A DNA stretch of 63,826 nt, the filler included. It is 7 parts of 7 records of this genome, joined end to end, with 100 filler letters (N's around TTAATTAATTAA, not from the genome) between each part and the next. Parts side by side here need not be neighbours in the genome. Positions count along the whole stretch, not along the records: positions 21,709 to 38,667 come from SRR31147125_20139; positions 38,768 to 44,069 come from SRR31147125_20145; 5 more parts are not named here. The stretch is one strand, 5' to 3'. The notes under the pieces are model-generated. The model was not told the DNA's origin, ran no database searches, and worked only from the letters and a program-made list of their open reading frames with translations. Both the position numbers and the translations under genes were made by a program. Shown piece by piece: positions 32,326 to 43,275 of this stretch (positions within the stretch are counted from its first letter, which is position 1; every line of letters begins with the position of its first letter).

Positions 32326-33074
32326 TACCCTTTTACCTTGTACATCAAAATTGAAGCCGCAACAGCAGCATTTAGGCTTTCTGCTTTGCCGTAAATAGGG
32401 ATTTTCACTTTCACATCCAAGATATCACACATTTCATCTGATATCCCTCTTGCCTCGTTTCCAATAATGATACATGTTTTATCGCCTTTTAAGTCAAGGT
32501 CAACATCACCATCAAGATGACCTCCAACAATGCTGTATCCGCCCGATTTTAAAGCGATAACATCTGAATTTTCTGCCTTTATAATATCAACATGAAAAAC
32601 ACTGCCCATGCTTGACCTTATAACCTTTGGGCTTAAATAATCTGCGCACGAGCCCAATAGCAAAATTTTGCTTGCTAAAACAGCATCAGCTGTTCTAATT
32701 ATTGCTCCAACATTACCAGGATCCGAAACAGAATCTAAAACAACTATCATGCCCTCATTCGGTTCTATTTTTAACGCATCCTTTTTACAGACGCACATGA
32801 TGCTTTGTGGACTTTTACTCTCTGATATATAGTTTAGGACTTCATTTGAAACAAAGGTTATACTTTTGACTTTAGATATAATAGCCTCATACTTGTCTTT
32901 ATCATCTTCTAGTACAATAAGCTCTTTAATTAAACCTTCAATTTGACTTGCCTCAAAAACGCATTTATATCCTTCAACCAAAAAAAGACCTTGCTTTTTT
33001 CTATATTTTGATTCAGCAAGCTTTTTGATGTCTTTAATTCTTTGATTTTTTGTACTGCTAATATAATTTTCCAT
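32322..33074 (-). CDS. TrmH/SpoU family RNA methyltransferase
   Basis: DPGNVGAIIRT, IGNEARG and ESLNAAVA. Confidence 0.93.
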   Translation of the reverse strand: MENYISSTKNQRIKDIKKLAESKYRKKQGLFLVEGYKCVFEASQIEGLIKELIVLEDDKDKYEAIISKVKSITFVSNEVLNYISESKSPQSIMCVCKKDALKIEPNEGMIVVLDSVSDPGNVGAIIRTADAVLASKILLLGSCADYLSPKVIRSSMGSVFHVDIIKAENSDVIALKSGGYSIVGGHLDGDVDLDLKGDKTCIIIGNEARGISDEMCDILDVKVKIPIYGKAESLNAAVAASILMYKVKGY

Positions 33075-33082
33075 ATAATCGT

Positions 33083-33844
33083 TTAATTCAATGTAAAATA
33101 GTAATCATAAAAATCTTCTAGTTGCTTTTCTATCTGCTCTTGTTTTTCTTTTTGCTCTTTCAAACACTCGACTTTATCCCAATCAAAAAGCTCACCTGGG
33201 TCGTTTTTTCTGTCTGTATAATCTTCATGACCTATTATATGTTGTCGGTCCACTTTTAAATCACTATTTCTTTCAATTATATCATTTAATAATAAATTGA
33301 GTGCTTCATATTGTTCTTCGGTATATCCTAATAAATCCTCATCCAACGCTTGGTAGCTTTCTTTTGATAAATACTTGCTCATATCATCATAGCTTCCAAT
33401 TGCCAACATCTCAATTCCAATAGAGTATTCATTCATCCTGTTTGTATATTCAGGTAAACCGTCTATCTCGCCTTTTCCTGCATGATAGGCAACCCTATCT
33501 TCCTCTAAAAGTTTATATATAATGCCCTTTCTGTCAATCATATAATGAGGCCCAACCTCATATGTTTTTAATACATCATAATTTTGCTGTACATCATAAG
33601 GATTTTCAGGGCTTATTGTAACACTGCTCATAAAATGCACCATAATATGCGTTATGTTTTCGCTCCTATCAGGATTCCCATTATCAAGCAGCATATCTAC
33701 AATATCCATTTGCAGTTGCTCTTGTACTTGCTCCTGCGCGCTTTGTACACCTGTATTCTCTATATCATCATTTGCAAAAGCTGATATAGGAATAATAAGC
33801 ACCACAATTAATATGATTTTTATTATATTACTATTTAAGTTCAT
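33083..33844 (-). CDS. N-acetylmuramoyl-L-alanine amidase (Amidase_2), secreted
   Basis: IMVH, AYHAG, SIGIE, IIGH and KNDPG; signal peptide. Confidence 0.88.
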   Translation of the reverse strand: MNLNSNIIKIILIVVLIIPISAFANDDIENTGVQSAQEQVQEQLQMDIVDMLLDNGNPDRSENITHIMVHFMSSVTISPENPYDVQQNYDVLKTYEVGPHYMIDRKGIIYKLLEEDRVAYHAGKGEIDGLPEYTNRMNEYSIGIEMLAIGSYDDMSKYLSKESYQALDEDLLGYTEEQYEALNLLLNDIIERNSDLKVDRQHIIGHEDYTDRKNDPGELFDWDKVECLKEQKEKQEQIEKQLEDFYDYYFTLN

Positions 33845-33981
33845 ATACCTTACCTTTATTTACCATTAATTAAAACGATTATATCATCTATAAAGGCAAT
33901 ACTCAATAACTCTATTTTTATATAAAAAAAGAAAACCCAAACAATAAAATCAGGCTTTCTTGTAAAATCTTATTTTGCTTA

Positions 33982-34341
33982 CTATGATGCTAATTTTTTC
34001 TTAGCAACATCAACAACTTTTGAAAATGCATATGGATCATTAACTGCCATATCTGCAAGCATTTTTCTGTTTATAGCAATACCACTTTGTTTCAAACCAT
34101 TTATAAGTTTGCTGTATGAAAGACCATTCATTCTTGCACCAGCGTTGATACGTATAATCCAAAGTTTTCTAAAGTCTCTCTTTTTAAGCTTTCTGCCAAC
34201 ATAAGCATAGCTCATAGAACGCATAACTGCTTGTTTAGCAGTTTTATATTGTTTAGACTTTGCACCAAAGTATCCTTTAGCTAATCTAAAAATCTTTCTC
34301 TTCTTCTTATTTGCATTAACAGCTCTTTTTACTCTTGCCAT
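33982..34341 (-). CDS. rplT: 50S ribosomal protein L20
   Basis: MARVKR...[15 protein letters not shown]. Confidence 0.98.
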   Translation of the reverse strand: MARVKRAVNANKKKRKIFRLAKGYFGAKSKQYKTAKQAVMRSMSYAYVGRKLKKRDFRKLWIIRINAGARMNGLSYSKLINGLKQSGIAINRKMLADMAVNDPYAFSKVVDVAKKKLAS

Positions 34342-34375
34342 TTTTAAAAAACCTCCTTAAATTTCAATTGTTTTA

Positions 34376-34573
34376 CTATTTGTATGGAATAAGAACTTTA
34401 ATGTTCTTAGCTTCCTGAGGTGAAATAAATTCGCCTTTACGGAGATTCCTTTTCCTCTTTGCACTCTTCTTATTTAGAATGTGGCTTGTAAAAGCCTGAG
34501 AACGCTTTACTTTACCACTTTTAGTAAGCTTAAATCTTTTAGCTGCGCCTCTGTGCGTTTTAATCTTTGGCAT
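34376..34573 (-). CDS. rpmI: 50S ribosomal protein L35
   Basis: [14 protein letters not shown]. Confidence 0.98.
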   Translation of the reverse strand: MPKIKTHRGAAKRFKLTKSGKVKRSQAFTSHILNKKSAKRKRNLRKGEFISPQEAKNIKVLIPYK

Positions 34574-34606
34574 AATCATTGCCCTCCTTCGCTTTGCTTT
34601 AATATA

Positions 34607-35116
34607 TTAGTTCTTAGGAGCCAAGATCATGAACATATTTCTGCCCTCCATCTTAGCTTTCTTTTCAACAACACCAAAATCTTCTATCATCTCTTCAAAA
34701 GATCGCATAACAGCCAATCCGTTTTCAGTGTGCGCCATCTGTCTGCCTTTAAACCTTATGGATACTTTAACTTTATCCCCAGCTTTCAAAAACTTATTAA
34801 CGTTTTTAGCCTTAACCTGCATATCATGCACGTCAATAGTAGCAGACAATCTCATTTCCTTCATAGTAACAGTCTTTTGGTTCTTTTTAGCTTCTTTAGC
34901 TCTTTTAGTCTGTTCAAAGCGAAACTTACCATAGTCCATAATTTTACAGACCGGTGGTTTTGCATTTGGTGAAATCATGCAAAGATCTAATCCTTCTTCC
35001 CTTGCAAGATTAAGCGCGTGGCTTAGTTCATGAATACCTATCTGTTCTCCATCAGAACCAATAAGTCTTACTTCTCTTGCTCTAATTCTTTCGTTAATAA
35101 ATAAATCGTTAGCTAT
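34607..35116 (-). CDS. infC: Translation initiation factor IF-3, with a probable non-canonical ATA start
   Basis: INERIRAREVRLI and KPPVCKIMDYGKF; GGAGGTG RBS 6 nt before ATA at 35116. Confidence 0.95.
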   Translation of the reverse strand: MANDLFINERIRAREVRLIGSDGEQIGIHELSHALNLAREEGLDLCMISPNAKPPVCKIMDYGKFRFEQTKRAKEAKKNQKTVTMKEMRLSATIDVHDMQVKAKNVNKFLKAGDKVKVSIRFKGRQMAHTENGLAVMRSFEEMIEDFGVVEKKAKMEGRNMFMILAPKN

Positions 35117-35131
35117 GGGTAACACCTCCAA

Positions 35132-35270
35132 AAAAATAAATAAAAATACAGCCAGCTTATAGAAACTGCCTGTAGTATAATAAACAACAATAATAACCTT
35201 ATAGAGTTTAAAAAAAGTAACCGCATCTAGCTATAATTGCTGACGGGTGAGAAACAGGCGTTTCTTCTTA
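35132..35270 (-). ncRNA. Ribosomal protein L20 leader
   Basis: Minus strand AAGAAGAAACGCCTGTTTCTCACCC with downstream complement ACAGGC and a terminator-like tail, upstream of infC-rpmI-rplT. Confidence 0.7.
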
Positions 35271-35340
35271 GCCCAATTAAGTTATCATAAAATATGTTTT
35301 GTGTCAACATATATTAGTATATTTGTCTTGTTTTTTCTGC

Positions 35341-35997
35341 CTACTCGTTATTATCCTTTATTCTTTTATAAATTATATAAGAATAAGGTATAGTCAGCAA
35401 TACAATAATAATAGCAACACCAAATATAATCTGCAATACAACTGTGTTTACATCTAAAAGTCCGCATAATACAAGCAATACGCCTGAAATGACAAATGCA
35501 AACCCGCCAAGTCTATGAGTTTTATTCCAAACTTCTTCGTTAGATAATGTCCAAGGAGTTTTTATACCTACAAAGAAAGATTGTTTAAATCTTGGCATGT
35601 AATTTCCTATAACAATAAATATGAGACCTATCAAAACAGGTATAGCAGTTGAAATCATTGGTACATTTTCACCTGATTTCATTTGAACCATAAAGATAAT
35701 ATATATCCCTATCATCAGTAGCGATAAAACCATCTTCAAAATTTTATACTCTTTTTCAAATCTTTCATAGTTTTTACGCTTTGGATCAATTAATTTTATA
35801 ATATCAAAAAGATAATATATTAAAACTGGTAAAACAGCAAAAAGGAAAACGTTGGCTTTTGCACCATACCTATTAACTTCTCCTTCAATGTTCCAATGGA
35901 CTGGTATTTGTTGCGGTAATGATTTGTAGATTATAATTGTATATACTATTACAATCATAAACATCATGTTCATTATTAAATTTGTTTTATTTTTCAT
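35341..35997 (-). CDS. SdpI family membrane protein (DUF1648 + SdpI)
   Basis: LPQQIPVHWN and GIKTPWTLSNEEVWNKTHR. Confidence 0.9.
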   Translation of the reverse strand: MKNKTNLIMNMMFMIVIVYTIIIYKSLPQQIPVHWNIEGEVNRYGAKANVFLFAVLPVLIYYLFDIIKLIDPKRKNYERFEKEYKILKMVLSLLMIGIYIIFMVQMKSGENVPMISTAIPVLIGLIFIVIGNYMPRFKQSFFVGIKTPWTLSNEEVWNKTHRLGGFAFVISGVLLVLCGLLDVNTVVLQIIFGVAIIIVLLTIPYSYIIYKRIKDNNE

Positions 35998-36262
35998 CTT
36001 CTTTTCCTCCCGAATTAAATGAGTATGCCCACATAATAAGCTCTTGAAAAACTGTAGCATTAAGCTCATAAATTATTTTTTGCCCTTGCCTATTAGTACT
36101 TACCAGCCCACAATTTTTAAGTATTGTTAAGTGGTGTGATATTGAGGGCTTTGAAATATTGTATTTTTCGGCAATTTCTCCTGCACTAAGCGGCTTTTCT
36201 TTTAAAAGTTCCACTATACTTTTTCTAGTTTCATCCGAAAGTGCTTTAAATATGTTCTCCAT
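35987..36262 (-). CDS. SdpR-like ArsR/SmtB repressor
   Basis: FKALSDETR and SKPSISHHLTILK; upstream of sdpI. Confidence 0.9.
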   Translation of the reverse strand: MENIFKALSDETRKSIVELLKEKPLSAGEIAEKYNISKPSISHHLTILKNCGLVSTNRQGQKIIYELNATVFQELIMWAYSFNSGGKEDEK

Positions 36263-36274
36263 AATCTCCTCCAT

Positions 36275-36312
36275 TATTTAGATATTTAGATAATTGTCTA
36301 AATATCTAAATA
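36275..36312. promoter_or_regulatory. SdpR-type operator
   Basis: Perfect 16-bp inverted repeat TATTTAGATATTTAGA-N6-TCTAAATATCTAAATA immediately upstream of the RBS. Confidence 0.75.
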
Positions 36313-36423
36313 TATCGTATATCATCTTTTCTTTTTTGTCAATAATAAAAACCATAGGTTATTTAGAAGATATAACACTATGGTTTTAAAACCGTTCAAT
36401 ATTTATTTGTTTTCATATAGATT

Positions 36424-37842
36424 TTATTTTTTTAGAGCATCCCTTTCATCACGCTTGTTTAAAACATGGATAAGAAACATCATTATAGCCGAGTATACCA
36501 AAAACAATACAAATGATAAAATAAACAACCCTGGTTTGTTTTCTAAAACACCAGTAACAGGGATTGCAAGTATCATCATAAGTGGTAATCCAAACGGTGC
36601 AGCTATACCGCTACCCATAACAAGGTTATCAGTAACACTTGTATTTCCATCTGGGTCAACTTCTTTTAAAAGAGCAACACCAGTTGTTACTGTTCCTGTC
36701 CACATTCCAAAGAAGCCAAGAGTGTTTTCTACAACTTCATCTTTAAACATATAATTAGACATAAATATAGTATAGAACACAGTAAAAATTCCGCCCAAAG
36801 TAGTTAATATCAAGATTGGCATTCCGTAATTTCCAAGTGCCGAAAATGATAATGCTGCTATAGATGCTGTAATCATAAAGTCAAAACAAACAGCAGATAT
36901 TTTTTGCATCAAATAATTATCTACATAATTTATCTTCATTGTGCCACTAGCTCGTAAGCCCTTAAATATAGCTTTTACACCAACAGCAATAAGTGTACCA
37001 AACAAGAACATAAAGCCTCTAAACAACCCAGCCAAAGTTGCACCAAATGTACCAGCATCTTTTAGCAAAAAGCATAATCCCTCTACTACACCATAAGTTG
37101 CAAGATAAGTTACTCCAACCAAAATAACTTGAATTGTAAAATCATCAATAAATGCAGACCTTGGTATTGAGCTTGTATGCTTTGTAGCTTTATCTGAATC
37201 AATACTTTTAAGGTTTTGAGAATCACCAACAATAGTATACTTGCGCTTTTTTACCAAAATATTCATCATAATAATACCTGCAACAATCGCCCAAACAAAA
37301 CCAATTGTAGCAATCATGGCACCAATATTAGCCCCGCCTGGCAAAACGCCGTTTTCACTCCATTGTGTTCCTATAGATGTTGCTTGACCTGGTCCTTGAG
37401 CAAATGAAAGCGGCAATAAAAGACCTAGTATTTCTGATATCTCCGGATAAATTGTATACGCAAGAATAAGTGTAATTGCAAACCCAATAATGGCCTGCCA
37501 GATATATGTATTTACGATACCAAAACCAGATTTAAATACATTCCTGTTACTACCACCTTGTCTGTCTTTTAGTGCCAAACAAATAAAACCAATTGACATA
37601 AGGTGTGTAACCGAAGTAAATAAAGTTTTCTGATCAAATGGAACATGAATCGGCATTCCAAAAATCGTATTTGTAACCGCACCTAAAACTTCTTTTCCAC
37701 ATAAAAAAGCCAAAACACCCGCTATCATACATGTTGGAATAAGATGCTTACTAAAAGCTTTGAAATTTAATTTTATTACAAATGCTATACCAATAAATAC
37801 AGCCAAGTATAAAAACTGTAAAACTAAAGGCCATCCTGTCAT
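36424..37842 (-). CDS. Sodium:glutamate symporter (GltS/ESS) family transporter
   Basis: About 12 TM; QGPGQA and FGMWTGTVTTGVALLKEVDP re-entrant motifs. Confidence 0.8.
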   Translation of the reverse strand: MTGWPLVLQFLYLAVFIGIAFVIKLNFKAFSKHLIPTCMIAGVLAFLCGKEVLGAVTNTIFGMPIHVPFDQKTLFTSVTHLMSIGFICLALKDRQGGSNRNVFKSGFGIVNTYIWQAIIGFAITLILAYTIYPEISEILGLLLPLSFAQGPGQATSIGTQWSENGVLPGGANIGAMIATIGFVWAIVAGIIMMNILVKKRKYTIVGDSQNLKSIDSDKATKHTSSIPRSAFIDDFTIQVILVGVTYLATYGVVEGLCFLLKDAGTFGATLAGLFRGFMFLFGTLIAVGVKAIFKGLRASGTMKINYVDNYLMQKISAVCFDFMITASIAALSFSALGNYGMPILILTTLGGIFTVFYTIFMSNYMFKDEVVENTLGFFGMWTGTVTTGVALLKEVDPDGNTSVTDNLVMGSGIAAPFGLPLMMILAIPVTGVLENKPGLFILSFVLFLVYSAIMMFLIHVLNKRDERDALKK

Positions 37843-37865
37843 ACTATTAACCTCCTAAAAAATAA

Positions 37866-38667
37866 TTATAATTCCTCTATATCAATCAAAAGCGCCGCCT
37901 GCCACTTATAAGCAGAAACATATCGCTTGAAAAGATATCTATATGTTTTGTTTTCATATGTAAACTCTAGTTGATTGTTTTTTTGAATATTTGTACCTGC
38001 TATTTTTTTATTTTCAAATTCAAAAGTTTCTTGTCCTTCAAAAATCAAAGCATTTTTTGTTAGCTTTAGGTTCCCTGTATCAACCAAATTTAGCGGTTGG
38101 TTTCTCACATATTCATAAAACTCAACTTCTTCGTCTTCAAAAATAACTGAATCCCTATCAGCATTTTTCATGCTTTTTAAAAGCAACTCATTTTGCTTAT
38201 CTTCCCATTGTGTAAGAGTTGTAATTTTCCCTTCACTATCTTTTAAACTGCAGTCGTTTAAAAACTCATATTTAGCACCACAAGATGTACAATAAAAATC
38301 GCATCCTGTACTCTTCATGCCCGTTAAACAGCCGCAGTCTTTGCAGGCAAAAAGATACAGCTCCAAACATTCCGCTAATTTTTTATTTTTAAATTTTATT
38401 TCAGGATTATTCCTTAAAAATTCATGTTCGTCATTATATAGTTCCTTGCGAATAACCTCGCCTATCTCATCAGCCGTCATATCTTTTATTTGCTCTGGCT
38501 TAAGTACAATTTTTGGTATTAAAACAACTTTTCCTCTTCTAGCATTATACGCCCATCTTGGCTTACTCATCATAGCACCAGAAAGCTTAACCGTTACGAG
38601 CGGTACTTTAAGTTTTTTTATAAGCGATGCAGTAGTGGACACTCCAAGTTTAGTAACACCACCCCAA
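37866..38667 (-). CDS. Lysophospholipid acyltransferase (PlsC-like), C-terminal part
   Basis: STTASLIKKLKVPLV...PRWA...RRGKV and two CxxC pairs; truncated by the contig end. Confidence 0.65.
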
Positions 38668-38767
38668 NNNNNNNNNNNNNNNNNNNNNNNNNNNNNNNNN
38701 NNNNNNNNNNNTTAATTAATTAANNNNNNNNNNNNNNNNNNNNNNNNNNNNNNNNNNNNNNNNNNNN
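38668..38767. other. Artificial contig linker
   Basis: N-TTAATTAATTAA-N. Confidence 0.98.
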
Positions 38768-39159
38768 TTTTTCTTTTCTGCTTCTGGGTCTGTTACCCCG
38801 GCGGCTTGCTGTTCTTCTTTTAATTTATTTTCTTCGGTAATTCTCGCCTCTTCTGCACGTTTTTGATCTTCCATCCGTTTTTCGTCGGAAGTGTCAACAT
38901 CTTCAATGGGCGGATGCTCTGCCGCCTCCATTGCCATCTCTTCGGAAAGATTCTCTACATTGTTCTCTTCCTCAATGGGCTTTGGAGTATGAGTCTTTTT
39001 TTGTATGTTTTTCTTTTTTGGGGCGGCTTTCTTTTTTGCAGCTTTTTTTAGTTTTTTTGCTTGCGGCTTTCCGGGAGACTGTTTTTTTGTCCTTGGGTTC
39101 GCCGACACTTTTTTTGCTAACCTTTTTTTGTTTTGCTGTTGCCATGATCCCTCATTCAA
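38768..39159 (-). CDS. Hypothetical protein with Lys/Ala-rich then acidic N-terminus, 3'-truncated
   Basis: KKAAKKKAAPKKK low-complexity ORF; the likely start ATG 39145 with RBS is out of frame. Confidence 0.4.
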
Positions 39160-39432
39160 TTGGTAAATAGTAAAAAGTATTTAGTCATGTGTTATATCTG
39201 TTTTGGGACACACTCCCATCGTTCCAATTTGATCGTTTTCAAGCGGTATGTCACTCGCTTGAAAGCGTTTAAGTTGCGGAATTGTGATTCGCGTTTACCC
39301 TTGCTGATTCCTTAACTCTTTCATATAAAATGAAAATTTGCTTAAATGATATATACAATAATCTTTTTTTTGTAAATACTTTGTTAAATCACGGTGTATC
39401 CTGCTTTTTTTATTGAGAAAAGGAATAAATAA

Positions 39433-40221
39433 ATGGAAGATAAACTCCGGAAACTGCATGAAATAATAGCTGCTTATCCTTACTTTGTCGTTGCGTTTTC
39501 AGGCGGTGTGGACAGTGCGTTTCTTGCCGCAGTTTCAAGGAAGGTACGAAAGGATGAGGTAATTGCCCTGACAGCCGACTCCGGTTTTATGTCCCGGTTG
39601 GATTTGGATTATGCATGCCGGGCTGCCCACACCATCGGCATTCGGCATGAGGTGGTTTCCGTGGATGTTATGGATCGTCCCGAGATTACAAATAATGGAC
39701 GAGAGCGCTGCTATCATTGCAAAAAGGTCCTGTTTGAAGCCATAGCAACCCGTGGCGCTCAACTTGGATTTAACGCCCTTACCCATGGGGTGAACATGGA
39801 TGATCTTATGGATTTCAGACCCGGATTGAGGGTGGCCGAAGAGATGGGAATTTTGACGCCATTGGTGGATGCGGAATTTTCTAAAGCGGATATTCGGCAG
39901 GCGGCAAGACAGATGGGGCTGGAGATGTGGAATTTACCGTCTCAATCTTGTCTTGCCACGCGTATTCCTTTTGATACGCCGATCAGCCGGGATCTTGTTT
40001 CCCGAATCGAGGCGTGTGAAGCGCATTTAAACGCGCTGGGGCTGAAAGGAATTCGCGTTCGATGCCATGGAGAGGTGGCAAGAATTGAAGCGCCCTCCCG
40101 GATGATATCCCACATAGCGACAGAGGGCTTACGTCATCGAATTGTACCGTTTTTCAGGCAGCAGAATTTCAAACATGTTTCCCTGGATCTGGCTGGATAT
40201 CGGTCGGGAAACATGAATTAG
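39433..40221 (+). CDS. larE: ATP-dependent sacrificial sulfur transferase LarE-like
   Basis: PP-loop AFSGGVDS, RCYHCK, DFRPG, SCLATRIP and RVRCHG. Confidence 0.88.
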   Translation: MEDKLRKLHEIIAAYPYFVVAFSGGVDSAFLAAVSRKVRKDEVIALTADSGFMSRLDLDYACRAAHTIGIRHEVVSVDVMDRPEITNNGRERCYHCKKVLFEAIATRGAQLGFNALTHGVNMDDLMDFRPGLRVAEEMGILTPLVDAEFSKADIRQAARQMGLEMWNLPSQSCLATRIPFDTPISRDLVSRIEACEAHLNALGLKGIRVRCHGEVARIEAPSRMISHIATEGLRHRIVPFFRQQNFKHVSLDLAGYRSGNMN

Positions 40222-40271
40222 TGAGGGAGCATCCATCGACACGTTGAAAAATAATAACTTAAAAAATGATG

Positions 40272-40760
40272 TTATGCCGCGCTGTTTTCCAATATGGAGA
40301 TCTCATCCGTCCCTAACACTTTGTTGATGTCCAACAAAATTTTCACCCCACTGTCCAGTTTTGACATTCCCAAAATATATTCGGAATCAAGACTGGTTCC
40401 AAATGACGGGGCCGGTTCGATCTGCTCATCAGTGATATGCAGTACCTCGGAAACGGAATCAACCACAATCCCGATGACCATCTCTCCGAGATGACCGGCG
40501 ATTTCTACAACAATGATACAGGTGCGCTCGGTGTATTCACTCTCTTCAATGGAAAAGCGAAGTCTCAGATCGATCACCGGAATCACCTTTCCCCTCAGAT
40601 TAATGACTCCTTTTACAAAATCAGGCGTTCTCGGTACGGAGGTGATGGGCAACATACCGATGATTTCCTTAACCTGCAGGATTCCGATGCCGTACTCCTC
40701 TCCGGCCAGAGAAAAGGTGAGATATTTTCCCTCTTTTTCTACCATTGCGCTGTTTTCCAT
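40272..40760 (-). CDS. cheW: Chemotaxis coupling protein CheW
   Basis: KYLTF, GVINLRGKVIPVIDLR and GIVVDSVSEV. Confidence 0.95.
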   Translation of the reverse strand: MENSAMVEKEGKYLTFSLAGEEYGIGILQVKEIIGMLPITSVPRTPDFVKGVINLRGKVIPVIDLRLRFSIEESEYTERTCIIVVEIAGHLGEMVIGIVVDSVSEVLHITDEQIEPAPSFGTSLDSEYILGMSKLDSGVKILLDINKVLGTDEISILENSAA

Positions 40761-40802
40761 GGGGGGGCTTTTGTTGTCATGGTCTTGTCTCCCAATTAAA
40801 AA

Positions 40803-42935
40803 TTATTTTTCGGCAGCTTCAATGAACGAATAGATTTTACTGATCATTTTTGTACTCCATCTATTTTTGCCTGAAAGGGTTGTAATCCCTTCCTTGTTCA
40901 ATAGCTCCGTTGTTTCTTCTATAATATATCCGTCTTTTTTCAATTTTATAATGATATTTATCACTTCGGATTTAAATTTTTCAAACTCCGTCTCAAATGA
41001 GGCAGTGGGCTTTTTAATCATCGGTGTCGGGGGCGGCGATTCCGGCTCCGGTTCCGGAGATGTCGTTTCGTTCTTTTTTGCGGTATTATTTTTATGAACC
41101 GGATCTGTATCATCATTACTGATGAGGGCCGATAGATCGTCCATATCATCGAAATCCGCTCCATTTGAGGGTTCAGGTGTTGCTGAAACAGCCGGATCGC
41201 CGTCAATGAGAGCAGAAAGATCATCCATTTCCTCGTTGAAAATTCCCTTGTTGCCGTTTTTACCGGCATCCGGTGCATCTTCTCCGATAAGTGCCGAAAG
41301 GTCATCCATATCGGAATCGGATTCGGGATGTGATGCTGCTTTGCCCAGGTCTTCAATGAGGGATGAAAGATCGTCCATATCGGAATCCGGTGCCAAGGAC
41401 GTTGGGTCATCAATGAGCGCTGAGAGATCATTCATATCGGAATCAAAATCCCCTGGAACCGGATTTTCAATAAGAGCTGAAAGGTCATCCAGCGGCGGCT
41501 CTTTCATATCGTTGAAATCGGATTCTAAATCAGACTCATGATCGGATGCCGGGCCGATTCCGCCGTCATCCTCCAATAAAGCGGCAAGATCATCCGGCTT
41601 TTCCACATCATCCGAGATCAACGCTTCCAGATTGTCCATTTCATCCATATCCCCGGAATCAGCCGGGAGGTCCGGTAATATGGCGGGGAAGGTGTCAAGA
41701 TCATCGGCAATCAGGGTTGAGAGATCATCCATTTCATCGCCATTCCCCTCCAGAGCTTCCAGCCCTTCGGGGGGCTCGTCTTCAATTAGAGCAGACAGGT
41801 CGTCAAGGTCACTATCCTGGAGATCAATGGGAGAAATGGGCTCTTCATCATAAAAATCCGGAATGTCCGATTTCTCCGGGGAAAAAGAAGATGCGTCATC
41901 CGCTTCGTTCTGCTTGAAGGTATCATCCGGGTGCGCTGCGATTTCTTCCATTTCCGCGTAGATATCATCATCATCATCGTCTTCGAAATCGATATCCATG
42001 TCGAGATCAATATCTTCATCGGGAGCTTCTTCGTCATTCGTGTCCTCATCAATGAGATGGGATAAATCTTCCAATCCTTGGAGGATGGGATTGGCCTCAT
42101 CTTCATCCGGATCGAAATCCGTGGGTTCGGAATATGGCGTATCGGCATCCGGCTCATCTAAAAGGCCTAAATCGTCGTTGCTATCTGAAAAATCAACGGG
42201 TTGAGAATCTGGAGAAGGAAACGCGTCCAAATTCTCCGGTAAGTCCGGGGTCTCGAATGGATCAATGTCCGAAAGCGAGTTTGACTCGGTAGGGATGTCG
42301 GAATCGGCGGGTATTTCATCGGAAGGGGGCGATGCCTCCGGGCTCGGCGGGAAGGGGGGCTGTTTTCCGGAGGAAAAGTCAACCGTCGCACGATGGATTG
42401 CCTCTGCAAGATGATCCAGTGCTTTTGCTTTTAATACTTCGGCTTCGGCACGTTTTAACAATGCCTCGCTTTTTTTCTCTTCAGCGGCGGCGGTCCGTTC
42501 CTGAGCAATGGCGATGCGTTCCTGATGACTGGAGAGGGCCGTGATGAGATCGGACACCAATGATGCATCTGATGGACGATGGCCATCATGATGCGCTTCT
42601 TTTTGACCTAGTTGATCTGGTATACGGGCATCGGTCTGCTTGGAATCCGGAGTGTCGGCCTCATGGGGTCCCGCTTCAGCGCGGGTATCCTCAAGGGCGA
42701 TGATATCGTCGCCGTCCAGAAGGGTTTCGATTTCCGAGGGGAGCATGCCGGAGCCGAAGTGCTCTGAAATGAGAACCAACCGTTCAATCAGATCGGGATG
42801 ATATAATTTTTGCCCTTTTTCCATGGTGTATGGAAGCCAGCGATTGAATCTGTTGAGCCAGAATTTAAGTGTTGCCTGTCCAACATTCAACTCCCGGGCC
42901 AGCATCGATGATGTCAGTAATCGGTTTTCAGACAT
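40803..42935 (-). CDS. MerR-like HTH, coiled coil, acidic DDLSALI-repeat region and C-terminal recombinase-like helical domain
   Basis: N-terminal LARELNVGQATLKFW; 11 repeats; C-terminal LNKEGITTLSGKNRW. Confidence 0.65.
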   Translation of the reverse strand: MSENRLLTSSMLARELNVGQATLKFWLNRFNRWLPYTMEKGQKLYHPDLIERLVLISEHFGSGMLPSEIETLLDGDDIIALEDTRAEAGPHEADTPDSKQTDARIPDQLGQKEAHHDGHRPSDASLVSDLITALSSHQERIAIAQERTAAAEEKKSEALLKRAEAEVLKAKALDHLAEAIHRATVDFSSGKQPPFPPSPEASPPSDEIPADSDIPTESNSLSDIDPFETPDLPENLDAFPSPDSQPVDFSDSNDDLGLLDEPDADTPYSEPTDFDPDEDEANPILQGLEDLSHLIDEDTNDEEAPDEDIDLDMDIDFEDDDDDDIYAEMEEIAAHPDDTFKQNEADDASSFSPEKSDIPDFYDEEPISPIDLQDSDLDDLSALIEDEPPEGLEALEGNGDEMDDLSTLIADDLDTFPAILPDLPADSGDMDEMDNLEALISDDVEKPDDLAALLEDDGGIGPASDHESDLESDFNDMKEPPLDDLSALIENPVPGDFDSDMNDLSALIDDPTSLAPDSDMDDLSSLIEDLGKAASHPESDSDMDDLSALIGEDAPDAGKNGNKGIFNEEMDDLSALIDGDPAVSATPEPSNGADFDDMDDLSALISNDDTDPVHKNNTAKKNETTSPEPEPESPPPTPMIKKPTASFETEFEKFKSEVINIIIKLKKDGYIIEETTELLNKEGITTLSGKNRWSTKMISKIYSFIEAAEK

Positions 42936-43275
42936 GGGGATTCCTGTTATTCAATTGGATTTTTCGTGAAAAATAAATAACAAAAACCATAACAGGAGTC
43001 AAAAAACTGGTGAAGAAATTATTTTCAATCGTTTGACAGCCTATGATCCGGTTGATATATTTAAATCAAGTCAATGCTGAAAAACTCTTATCAATTCTAG
43101 TTAAACGTATCTGACTTTATCATCAAGCCGATTTTCTCACATCGCTGATAGATCGTAACGTTCTTCATCAACGACGGCTTCGCAATTCATATCTTTTGGT
43201 TGATTTTTTTGACGCATACCGATAACGCTACAGTCTGTGGCATCAGGGGCATGTTGGTTGTGCCAGGGAGGAAAA

